IMG/VR virus record: IMGVR_UViG_3300047316_000404
Location: 1 to 54,000 of that record
Length of the DNA stretch: 54,000 bases
Source of the DNA: a virus
Lineage: Duplodnaviria; Caudoviricetes
Strand: one strand, 5' to 3'
A program made the translations under genes and the position numbers. Positions 17,620-25,235 of this stretch are shown piece by piece; the first letter of the stretch is position 1, and each line of letters begins with the position of its first letter. The notes under the pieces are model-generated. The model did no database searches and had not been told where the DNA came from. It worked only from the letters and a program-made list of their open reading frames with translations.

Positions 17620-18386
17620 GGCCGGTAGACCCTCGCGATATGGCGGGCGAGCGGGGCGGGAATCTTGGCGATCATGGCCGAGGCGAACTTGCGGGTTTTT
17701 CCAATGTGCTGGCGCTTGTCGTCTGCGGTGCGCCGGTATTGCGCGCCCTCGACCATGTGACCGAATTCGCGTGCATTGGCGCAATTGAAGCCGACTTGCG
17801 ATAGGGCGATGGCGAACCAGGAGCCGCCGTTGTTCTTGATGTTGCGCTCGGCGTGCGTATTGAAGGCTTGTCCCGGCCTATGGCGAGGGTCGTCTGGATG
17901 TTTCCAGTCGAGGCCGCCGACCTTCACCGCCTTGGCCGTCACCGGCATCAGGGCCGGCACGTCGCCCCACAGGTAGAACGAGCCGAAGTTCCAGCGCGCC
18001 CGCCCCACCCATTTCTGCGCCCCGCGCACGTTCTCGACGATCATCGGGACATGCCGCCCGGCCGCCGCGCACGCCTCGCGCTGGATGCGGAAGCACGCCT
18101 CGAAAAGGGTGTTGTCGGGCGGCGGCAACGCCTTGGCGCGCTTCCACGGCATCGCCCGGTAGCTGTAGGCCTGGCAGGGGGGACTGGCGACGATGAGCGT
18201 GGCATCGCGGAACTGGCTGCCGTGCAGCGTCAACACGTCCTGGATCACGAGCTGGGCTGGATAGCGGTGCTCGCCGTAGTGGTGCCGCTCGATGTCGAAG
18301 CCCACCACGTCGTAAGCCTCCGCCAGCAGGGCCTCCGTCCAGCCCCCAAGGCCGCAATAGAGGTCGATGGCGAGGGGGCGCTTCAT
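17616..18386 (-). CDS. C5 DNA cytosine methyltransferase (short phage type)
   Basis: Motif I IDLYCGLGG, catalytic ASPPCQ, ENV. Confidence 0.8.
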   Translation of the reverse strand: MKRPLAIDLYCGLGGWTEALLAEAYDVVGFDIERHHYGEHRYPAQLVIQDVLTLHGSQFRDATLIVASPPCQAYSYRAMPWKRAKALPPPDNTLFEACFRIQREACAAAGRHVPMIVENVRGAQKWVGRARWNFGSFYLWGDVPALMPVTAKAVKVGGLDWKHPDDPRHRPGQAFNTHAERNIKNNGGSWFAIALSQVGFNCANAREFGHMVEGAQYRRTADDKRQHIGKTRKFASAMIAKIPAPLARHIARVYRP

Positions 18387-18595
18387 GTCGCGAAATACCT
18401 AGCGAATGGATTGCAGATGATGGCCTCGCAGGCCGCGATGCCCAGCAGGTCGATGAGCCCGGCCCGCCAGGCGTACGCCAGCAGCGGATCGGTCGCCGCG
18501 CCGTAGTCTAATTCATTGCAGCCGTAGAGCAGGGCGCGTGCTTCCGCCCGCGCGCGCAGGACCAGGATCGGTGCAATAAGAGTGGTATCCGACAT
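18383..18595 (-). CDS. Hypothetical protein
   Basis: ATGA coupling to the methyltransferase. Confidence 0.6.
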   Translation of the reverse strand: MSDTTLIAPILVLRARAEARALLYGCNELDYGAATDPLLAYAWRAGLIDLLGIAACEAIICNPFARYFAT

Positions 18596-18691
18596 TGCAT
18601 TTCCGATAAAAAAAATTCAGGCGCCGCCGTCGAGCACGGCGTTGATCAGGCTATGGCCGGTCACGGAGCGAACGGACCACGGACGCCACGG

Positions 18692-18925
18692 TCAGTTGGC
18701 CTCGATCTGCGCATCGAGCGCGTTGACGACGTGCTGCACCTGCGCCCGCCGCTCAGCCAGGATGCCACGCTGCAGGCGCAGCTTCTCCCCAAGCGAGCGC
18801 AGTTCCTCGCCGCTCTGGTCCGCGATGATGTCGATCGCGTCGGGCGTGGCCCTTTGATCGAAGGCGACGTGGACCGCCTCATTGACCGCGCTCGCCGTCA
18901 CATCCTTACTGGGTCTCTTCGACAC
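18692..18925 (-). CDS. Hypothetical protein
   Basis: GAGGAGG ribosome-binding site, GTG start. Confidence 0.55.
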   Translation of the reverse strand: MSKRPSKDVTASAVNEAVHVAFDQRATPDAIDIIADQSGEELRSLGEKLRLQRGILAERRAQVQHVVNALDAQIEAN

Positions 18926-18955
18926 TGGTTGCTCCTCCTCTTTTTGCTCCGGGAC

Positions 18956-19174
18956 TTAATCCCCTCTCGGCGGGAACAGCTTTTTCAACGCATCCACAGC
19001 TCGCTCGTCGTCCTCGTCGACCGCGCGCGTCATCAGCGCAAACACGAACGGCTTCATCGTGTCGCTCGGCTCGGGATAGTCGTGGTCGAATATCCAGCCG
19101 AGGCGGGCTTGGGCGCGGCGCCAATAGGCCAGCGCCTTTTCCTTGGCTTGCTCCAGCTCGAGGTCGTCGGTCAC
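18956..19174 (-). CDS. Hypothetical protein
   Basis: GGAGG ribosome-binding site; C-terminus paralogous to the neighbouring gene. Confidence 0.5.
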   Translation of the reverse strand: MTDDLELEQAKEKALAYWRRAQARLGWIFDHDYPEPSDTMKPFVFALMTRAVDEDDERAVDALKKLFPPRGD

Positions 19175-19211
19175 GCGACCTCCACCTCGTCCGATAATGG
19201 AACAACGTGCT

Positions 19212-19436
19212 TCATATTAAGTCCCTCCCGGCGCGAAACAGCTTTTTCAACATTTCCACAGCTCGCTCGTCGGACAATGGAACAACAACAAAACCCTGGT
19301 CCCACAGCCACGCCAACAGGTGCGTCACGGCGTCATCGGTGTCTTCGGCCGTGTCAAAATGCGAGGCAAAATAGCGCTGCAACGCTTCCTTGGCGCCGTT
19401 GCCGTTTTCGGTCGGTTCTGGTGGCTTAGACATCAT
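19212..19436 (-). CDS. Hypothetical protein
   Basis: GGAGG ribosome-binding site; LLAWLWDQGFVVVPL. Confidence 0.55.
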   Translation of the reverse strand: MMSKPPEPTENGNGAKEALQRYFASHFDTAEDTDDAVTHLLAWLWDQGFVVVPLSDERAVEMLKKLFRAGRDLI

Positions 19437-19963
19437 TGGACCTCCGGCTTGAGGCGCCACACGTCCCAGCAATCGAGTACAAAGATCGCGGCCTCGACGG
19501 TGTCCACGACGGCGTGCGGGATGCGATTTATCTCGCACCACAGCGCGAAGCCGGCCTGGTGCTCCGACAGCCGCCCGCCTTTGCGCTTCAATTCGAGAAA
19601 GTGGATGCCGGGATGCGGGGCGTCGTCCTTCGGTCCGAGCAGCGCGAAGTCCGGCCACCCCGGCCGCACGCCCATCCGCTTCAAGCGCTCGCCCGCGTAA
19701 CTCACCCGCACCCCGTTGCGGAATTCCGCCGGCCGCGCCTCGCCGAAAGGAAGGTGGGTCCACAGCCACGTCGGTTTGGCGCAGCGCCGCAGCAGATCCG
19801 CCACCTCGCATTGCAGTTGGAATTCAGACGGCGAGACATCGACGCGCTGGCCGCGCTGGCGCTTGCCTTTGAACAGGTTGAGTTGGCGCGCGCTGACTTC
19901 GCCGCGCGCGATGGCGAGAGCTTCATCTGCGGCCTTGATCAGCCGCTTGCCGAGCTTGGTCAT
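19433..19963 (-). CDS. VRR-NUC (PD-(D/E)xK) nuclease, putative resolvase
   Basis: SEFQLQ, MGVRPGWPDF, FLELKRKGGRLSEHQ. Confidence 0.85.
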   Translation of the reverse strand: MTKLGKRLIKAADEALAIARGEVSARQLNLFKGKRQRGQRVDVSPSEFQLQCEVADLLRRCAKPTWLWTHLPFGEARPAEFRNGVRVSYAGERLKRMGVRPGWPDFALLGPKDDAPHPGIHFLELKRKGGRLSEHQAGFALWCEINRIPHAVVDTVEAAIFVLDCWDVWRLKPEVQ

Positions 19964-20019
19964 GCGGACGCTCCGTCGCTGTGCTTGACGGTGGTGGTTT
20001 TTGGGGGTACACAAATCGG

Positions 20020-20259
20020 ATGACCGACGATGAAGAGAAGGAATGGAAACAGGAACTGCTCATGGCCGACGTAAATCTGCGGCGAAAACAGGACTTCTGG
20101 GAGACACCGCGCAATATCGCGATCCTGGTCGGCGTAGTGGCGGCGCTCTTCAGCGCCGTCGCCGGCCTGGCTGGATACAAGTTCGGCTCGACACCACAGA
20201 CCATCATCCAGTTGCAGTTGCCGCCTGGAACGACAGTGTCCGAGCCCGCGAAGCCCTGA
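20020..20259 (+). CDS. Small single-pass membrane protein
   Basis: Hydrophobic helix IAILVGVVAALFSAVAGLAG; opposite strand to the operon. Confidence 0.55.
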   Translation: MTDDEEKEWKQELLMADVNLRRKQDFWETPRNIAILVGVVAALFSAVAGLAGYKFGSTPQTIIQLQLPPGTTVSEPAKP

Positions 20260-20266
20260 GCCCACG

Positions 20267-20458
20267 ATGCCCAAAAAAACCCTCACGCCCGTCGTCAATC
20301 GCGGTGGCCGGCCGCGCAAGCCCTTTCCGAAGCTGGCGATCAAGCTTCGCCTCGATCCCGAAGTGCTCGACCATTTCCGAAAGTTCGGCCCGGGCTGGCA
20401 AACCCAGATCAATGCCGTGCTGCGGCGCGCCACCAAACGGCGACTGCCGCGCGCATAG
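20267..20458 (+). CDS. brnA: BrnA antitoxin-family protein (DUF4415)
   Basis: GRP...KLRLDPEVLDHFRKFGPGWQTQINAVLR matches the BrnA C-terminal signature. Confidence 0.85.
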   Translation: MPKKTLTPVVNRGGRPRKPFPKLAIKLRLDPEVLDHFRKFGPGWQTQINAVLRRATKRRLPRA

Positions 20459-20489
20459 CCGGATACCGACGCGATGGTCAGGGCGCGTG

Positions 20490-20792
20490 TCATGCCACTG
20501 CCCTCTTTCCGTGCGTGATGAAGTAGTATCCCGGCTGGTACCGGCAGCCCTCGCGGCGGATTCGCACGCCGCTGCCAGCGAGCAGATCGTTGAGTTGCTG
20601 GATGTGCGACTTGACGGTGTTGCGGTTGCTGCCGCCGGTGCCCCACACTGTGGCGATCAGGTCGTCGACGCCGATCCCGATATCGCCGGCCGCCGTGATC
20701 GCGTCGACAATGCGGCCTTTCAGCTCAGGCAGATAGACGCCGAATCGCTCACGGCGGATCGGTTGGCGGCACCGCGGGCAGCGCATTTCCAT
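20490..20792 (-). CDS. Winged-helix DNA-binding protein with N-terminal CxxC
   Basis: CPRC...DDLIATVWG...NTVKSHIQQLNDLL (OmpR-like winged HTH). Confidence 0.7.
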   Translation of the reverse strand: MEMRCPRCRQPIRRERFGVYLPELKGRIVDAITAAGDIGIGVDDLIATVWGTGGSNRNTVKSHIQQLNDLLAGSGVRIRREGCRYQPGYYFITHGKRAVA

Positions 20793-20820
20793 GGCGCGTC
20801 CTCATCGTCGATGCAGGCTG

Positions 20821-21195
20821 TCATCGTTTCCGAGCCAGGGGGCGATCGCGACCTAGCGCCGCCAGTACCGACGAAAGGTCCGCACGAGCCGCCGCCATCT
20901 CGTCCCTACGAGGGTCCACACCAGTGCGCCGAAGGACGGAGATTTCATGCTGTAGCCTCACCACCTCGGATTCAAGTTCACGGACGACGCGCTCGCGAAG
21001 CGCGTCGCGAAGCCAACCTGAAATTTTCTTAAGGCGCGATCGCTGAAGATTTTCGAGGGTACCAGGCGAGACACCGAGAGACCGAGCAACACGCTGTCGC
21101 GCTAATTGCCGGTCGCCAACCCGTCGATGTTCTTGATTTATCAGAACATCTGTGAGGCTTTTTGCTTCGGCTGCTTCGGCCAACGCATTACTCAT
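20821..21195 (-). CDS. HTH protein in the cII position
   Basis: VARSLGVSPGTLENLQRSRLK; downstream of cro. Confidence 0.65.
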   Translation of the reverse strand: MSNALAEAAEAKSLTDVLINQEHRRVGDRQLARQRVARSLGVSPGTLENLQRSRLKKISGWLRDALRERVVRELESEVVRLQHEISVLRRTGVDPRRDEMAAARADLSSVLAALGRDRPLARKR

Positions 21196-21318
21196 TTGTG
21201 CCTTCCAATGGATGGTTTATCCACATTTGTGGATGAATCTGCCGGATGAGACCGCAATGCTCGGCACATGGAAAATCCCTCGCCCGCGCTGATGGTTCTC
21301 GTGACATCTCGTCCGCGG

Positions 21319-21525
21319 TTATGACGATGCCGTCTGTGCAAGTCCAAAGAAGTCGTTTGGCGTTACGGCACCGTCGGTCACCTCGAAAATTTTCTCCATG
21401 GTGGCTTGATCAGGCATTCGATCACCGGAGCGATATCGGTGCACGGCTTGGCGCGACCGTTCGATCAGCGCGCCGAACTCAGCGTCTGAAAGGTTTCGCT
21501 CGCCCATGAATGCGGAAAGTCGCAT
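21319..21525 (-). CDS. cro: Cro-like repressor
   Basis: Short XRE HTH, AVHRYRSGDRMP...TDGAVTPNDF; divergent from cI. Confidence 0.85.
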   Translation of the reverse strand: MRLSAFMGERNLSDAEFGALIERSRQAVHRYRSGDRMPDQATMEKIFEVTDGAVTPNDFFGLAQTASS

Positions 21526-21536
21526 TCCAGATAATT

Positions 21537-21610
21537 GTCACCATTATGGTGACCCGTCAACCTCTCCGTCACCAAATTGGAGCCTTCACCGCCGTCGCCA
21601 ATACGGTGAC
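21537..21610. promoter_or_regulatory. Three 17-bp operators (OR-like) between cro and cI
   Basis: GTCACCATTATGGTGAC 21537, GTCACCAAATTGGAGCC 21568, GTCGCCAATACGGTGAC 21594; minus-strand TTGACG -35 at 21555-21560. Confidence 0.85.
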
Positions 21611-21619
21611 ATTATAAGG

Positions 21620-22219
21620 ATGGTGCAGATTTACCGAAATGGACTTGCGGCTGCGATGAAGCGGCTCGGCATTGGGCCTACTGCGCTGGCGGCGGAGGTC
21701 GGTACAACAAAGCAAAACATTGACCGATGGGCGCGGGGGGAGCGGAAACTCACCGTGCCTTGGGCCGAAAAGATAGCGCCGGTGCTCCAAACGACTGCGG
21801 GGGAACTGCTGCTTTCCGATGGCGGCGGAATCCAGCGCATTCCTCTACTCGATTGGATACAGGCTGGCAGGCTTACCAACACGAGGAGCCAACTCCCCAT
21901 GGAAGACGTACCGCTTTTGGCCTTTGCAGACTTGGGCCGCGGCGAGTTCTTTGCCTTGAGGGTTCACGGTGCCTCAATGGACCGAGTTTCACCGGACGGA
22001 TCGGTTATCGTCGTGGACAAATCAGACAAGACGCTGCTAGCCGGCAGGTTTTATGTTTTCGCCGTTCGCGGCGCGACGACCTATAAGCGATGGCAGGCCG
22101 GGAAGCCATCGTACCTAGCTGCATTTTCCACCGACCCCGCCGAGGGGCCTATTTTCATCGAAAAGCGCAAGGATTTTGAGGTGGTTGGGCGGGTGCGTCG
22201 GACCATGCTCGACCTATAG
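21620..22219 (+). CDS. cI: CI-like repressor (HTH plus S24 peptidase)
   Basis: N-terminal XRE HTH, IQAG cleavage site, FALRVHGASM (Ser) and TYKR (Lys). Confidence 0.9.
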   Translation: MVQIYRNGLAAAMKRLGIGPTALAAEVGTTKQNIDRWARGERKLTVPWAEKIAPVLQTTAGELLLSDGGGIQRIPLLDWIQAGRLTNTRSQLPMEDVPLLAFADLGRGEFFALRVHGASMDRVSPDGSVIVVDKSDKTLLAGRFYVFAVRGATTYKRWQAGKPSYLAAFSTDPAEGPIFIEKRKDFEVVGRVRRTMLDL

Positions 22220-22243
22220 CCTGGTTGCGGCATAGGAAAAATC

Positions 22244-22297
22244 GTCACCTTTTTGGTGACACGCCTATTGACCAGTCACCAAATTGGTGACAACACT
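22244..22297 (+). promoter_or_regulatory. Two 17-bp operators (OL-like) and a pL-like promoter
   Basis: GTCACCTTTTTGGTGAC 22244-22260 and GTCACCAAATTGGTGAC 22275-22291 flank TTGACC at 22268. Confidence 0.85.
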
Positions 22298-22322
22298 GCT
22301 CCCCACTACAACGGGGAGCCTG

Positions 22323-23282
22323 ATGAAACCGATTGAGCGCGTCGAGATCACCGACACCTACGATTGGTTGGCCGAGCGACAGCGCTACATCGGCGCCAGC
22401 GAAGTCGCCACCGTCTGCGGCGTCGCGGCTTACGGCTCGCTCGCCGAACTCTACGCCGAAAAGAAGGGCCTGCGCCCGCCGATGGTTGATAGCGGCGTGC
22501 TACGCCGCGGCCGCTGGGGAGAATCGGCTGCGTTCCAGGCGCTCGCCGACGAGCGGCCCGAATGGGACGTGCAGCGCGCCCGCGTCCACGTCATCGATCG
22601 CGAGGCGCGGATCGCCTGCACACCGGACGGCTTTGCGACCGCGCCCGATCGGGAAGGCTTCGGCCTCGTCCAGGCCAAGGTCGTGAGCCGCTCGGTCTAT
22701 CGTGCCAAATGGTTGGACGATCCCGAAGGGCCGTTCGACGGGCCGGCGATGCCGCCGGCGCACTTCCGACTGCAGACGGTCTGCGAGCGCATGCTCAACG
22801 CCGACCGCTGCCCGTGGGCCGTGCTCGCGGTGCTGGTAAACGGCGAATACGACTGGTCGTTTCGCCTATTCGACATCGAGCCTGACCCAATCCTCGAGGA
22901 TCGCATCCGCTACGACGTTGCCGCGTTCTGGCGCGACCATCTCGATCCCGGCGTGATGCCCGACTTCGAGCCGCAGCGCGACGAGGCGCTGATCAAGCAA
23001 CTCTTTCCGCAGGACGATGGCAGCGAGATCGATCTGACCACCGACAACCGCGCGCTCGTCGCGGTCGATGAGCTGACCGAGGCGCAGGCGGCCCTTAGTC
23101 GGCTGAAAAAGACCGAGACCGCACTCAAAACCGAACTGACCGCGAAGTTGGGCGCCGCGACCTACGGGCGCCTGGCCGATGGCCGCCGTTTGTCCTGGCG
23201 CCTGCAGCATCGCAAGGGCTACGCGGTTGAACCGGCCGACTTTCGCGTATTCCGAATTCTCAAGCAACAACAGGAGGCATGA
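22323..23282 (+). CDS. YqaJ-like viral recombinase/exonuclease
   Basis: WLAERQRYIGASEVA, LYAEKKG, RGRWGE, ACTPDG; GGGGAG ribosome-binding site. Confidence 0.88.
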   Translation: MKPIERVEITDTYDWLAERQRYIGASEVATVCGVAAYGSLAELYAEKKGLRPPMVDSGVLRRGRWGESAAFQALADERPEWDVQRARVHVIDREARIACTPDGFATAPDREGFGLVQAKVVSRSVYRAKWLDDPEGPFDGPAMPPAHFRLQTVCERMLNADRCPWAVLAVLVNGEYDWSFRLFDIEPDPILEDRIRYDVAAFWRDHLDPGVMPDFEPQRDEALIKQLFPQDDGSEIDLTTDNRALVAVDELTEAQAALSRLKKTETALKTELTAKLGAATYGRLADGRRLSWRLQHRKGYAVEPADFRVFRILKQQQEA

Positions 23283-23292
23283 AATGGTTTCC

Positions 23293-23352
23293 GGCATGGC
23301 ACGGCGCGGCATGGCGAGGCCGGGTGTGGTGAGGCACGGCACGGCGAGGCAG
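23293..23352 (+). repeat. GGY-NN pentamer array A (12 units), putative guide RNA
   Basis: NN = at ac gc at ga cg gt ga ac ac ga ag; ends GGCAGGGA. Confidence 0.9.
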
Positions 23353-23379
23353 GGATTTGTTTGATGGGTTTCCAGTTGC

Positions 23380-23484
23380 GGCGCGGCGGGGCATGGCCCG
23401 GCAAGGCCCGGCTCGGCGTGGCTCGGCGTGGCCGGGCACGGCCCGGCAAGGCGGGGCACGGCACGGCTGGGTAGGGCACGGCAG
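23380..23484 (+). repeat. GGY-NN pentamer array B (21 units), putative guide RNA
   Basis: NN = gc gg at cc aa cc tc gt tc gt cg ac cc aa gg ac ac tg ag ac ag; ends GGCAGGGA. Confidence 0.9.
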
Positions 23485-23507
23485 GGATTTGAACACAGGA
23501 GAGCTTT

Positions 23508-24134
23508 ATGTTGGACAAGCCGAAGTCGAAGAAAATAACCGACGAGCTAATACCATACAGCTCCACAACGATCAAAGCGGCGCGATTGCTGATCGTCGTG
23601 CGGGGGCGCACGCCGCTCTTGACCCACAATCCACAAAGCATGGGCACCGCCCCCGAGGCCGGACGCGGCTCGCGCATCCCGGAAGCCGAGGTCGAGGCCG
23701 AGGCCGGTTGCTACAGGATGGAAGATGGCTCGCTGGCCATCAAGGGCGAGGCATTCCGGGGCTCGATCCTGGGCGCCGCCGGAGCCTGGAAGGTCAAGCG
23801 GGCAACAATGAAATCACGGCTGTCCCACATCGTCGTAATTGAGGATCTGGTGCAGTTGGTCGATTCCAATGACGGCAAGCCGCTCACGTCCTACATCATC
23901 GACTCGCGCCGCGCGATCATCATGGGAAAGGGCATCGTCAGAAGGCGCCCGCGGTTCGACCGCTGGGGCGCGCAGTTCACCGTCGAATACGATCCGGTCT
24001 TGGTCGCCGAGCCAAAATTAATCGTCGATATTTGCGCCGATGCCGGTGGCCGGATTGGTGTTGGTGACTTCAGGCCAGCAAGAAATGGGTGGTTCGGTAG
24101 GTACGATATCGTGTCGTACTTGGTGCTTGAGTGA
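23508..24134 (+). CDS. Cas7/RAMP-like RNA-binding protein associated with the GGY-NN arrays
   Basis: RAMP-like layout: first strand VRGRTPLLTH, IKGEAFRGSI helix, RPRF..W...F strand, C-terminal Gly-rich loop AGGRIGVGDFRP..GWFGRY; AGGAG ribosome-binding site. Confidence 0.75.
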   Translation: MLDKPKSKKITDELIPYSSTTIKAARLLIVVRGRTPLLTHNPQSMGTAPEAGRGSRIPEAEVEAEAGCYRMEDGSLAIKGEAFRGSILGAAGAWKVKRATMKSRLSHIVVIEDLVQLVDSNDGKPLTSYIIDSRRAIIMGKGIVRRRPRFDRWGAQFTVEYDPVLVAEPKLIVDICADAGGRIGVGDFRPARNGWFGRYDIVSYLVLE

Positions 24135-24137
24135 TCT

Positions 24138-24212
24138 GGCGGGGCCAGGCCAGGCAGGGCCGGGCGGGGCGCGGCTAGGTACGGCGGGGCCGGGCGAGGC
24201 GCGGCAAGGCAG
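24138..24212 (+). repeat. GGY-NN pentamer array C (15 units)
   Basis: NN = gg ca ca ag cg gg gc ta ac gg cg ga gc aa ag; ends GGCAGGGA. Confidence 0.9.
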
Positions 24213-24251
24213 GGATTTGTTTGATGATTTTCCTTGATGAGTTTCAGTTCA

Positions 24252-24316
24252 GGCCGGGCAAGGCGGGGTCTGGCTTGGCACGGCGGGGCCCGGCGCGGCT
24301 GGGCGAGGCGAGGCAG
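24252..24316 (+). repeat. GGY-NN pentamer array D (13 units)
   Basis: NN = cg aa gg ct tt ac gg cc gc tg ga ga ag; ends GGCAGGGA. Confidence 0.9.
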
Positions 24317-24346
24317 GGATTATTCGCTTAATCGGAGGAGAATGAG

Positions 24347-25018
24347 ATGGCGAAAGTGGCGATCGACAAAATCAAAATTGATGAATCAATCTATCCGAGA
24401 ACCGGCGTCAATGAGTTTAACGTTGGCCGCTTGGTCTCGGCGCTCAAGACCGGCGTAAAACTGCCGCCGCTTCTAATCGAGGCCAAGACGCATCGACTTG
24501 TCGATGGCCGCCATCGGTTGCAAGCATTTCTGAAGTTAAAGATCGAGCGCATCGACGTTGTTGAAAAGGTGTATGCCAGCGAGGCCGACCTCTACGCCGA
24601 TGCCGTGCGCGCCAACATCGGTCACGGCGAACCGCTCGATCAGTTTTCAATCCGCTCAGCTATCATCCGGCTGGAACAATACGGCTACTCACGCGATCGT
24701 ATTTCAAATGTCGTGCGGCTGCCGGCTGAGATGATCGAAAAGATTGCACGCGGATTTGCAAGCGACGCCGATACCGGTAAGCCGGTCGCACTCAAGGGCG
24801 GGCTCAGTCATTTGGCCGGACAATCCCTGAGCAGCGAACAACAGCAGGTCAACCGGCACTATGGCGGGCCGAAGGCCGTGTTCTATCTGCGCCAACTTTG
24901 CGAAATGATCGAGAAAGATATGTGGCCACGCGACTCCGCGACATTTGTCTTTGAGATGGACCGGCTGGTCGGGTTGTGGTCGGCGATTAAGAGCAGCGGC
25001 AAGAGCGAAGCGGCATAA
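24347..25018 (+). CDS. ParB/Srx N-terminal domain protein
   Basis: IYPR...LPPLLI...LVDGRHRLQA...NIGHG; GGAGG ribosome-binding site. Confidence 0.85.
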   Translation: MAKVAIDKIKIDESIYPRTGVNEFNVGRLVSALKTGVKLPPLLIEAKTHRLVDGRHRLQAFLKLKIERIDVVEKVYASEADLYADAVRANIGHGEPLDQFSIRSAIIRLEQYGYSRDRISNVVRLPAEMIEKIARGFASDADTGKPVALKGGLSHLAGQSLSSEQQQVNRHYGGPKAVFYLRQLCEMIEKDMWPRDSATFVFEMDRLVGLWSAIKSSGKSEAA

Positions 25019-25023
25019 AATTA

Positions 25024-25093
25024 GGCGGGGCAAGGCAGGGCGTGGCGCGGCCAGGCGGGGTCGGGCATGGCACGGCCAGGCAAGGCAAGGCAG
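25024..25093 (+). repeat. GGY-NN pentamer array E (14 units)
   Basis: NN = gg aa ag gt gc ca gg cg at ac ca aa aa ag; ends GGCAGGGA. Confidence 0.9.
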
Positions 25094-25235
25094 GGAGACT
25101 GCGTTCAATGAAAAGCGGTCGCAACGCTACCGATGACTACTCGGGTCCGCTGCAATGCGACCGCCTCGCGCGCCCGGCCTGTTTTCGCCAGTGTTTGGGC
25201 CGGGCGCGCACTCTTAACCCAAAGGAGATTACCCA

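Noticed and set aside
23211-23246. Gapped match of array D to the 3' end of yqaJ
   Set aside because: Only 5 of 12 dinucleotides match, which is within chance
23293-25093. Classical CRISPR array or simple microsatellite
   Set aside because: No 23-50 bp repeats with spacers and no cas operon; the NN positions are too diverse for slippage repeats
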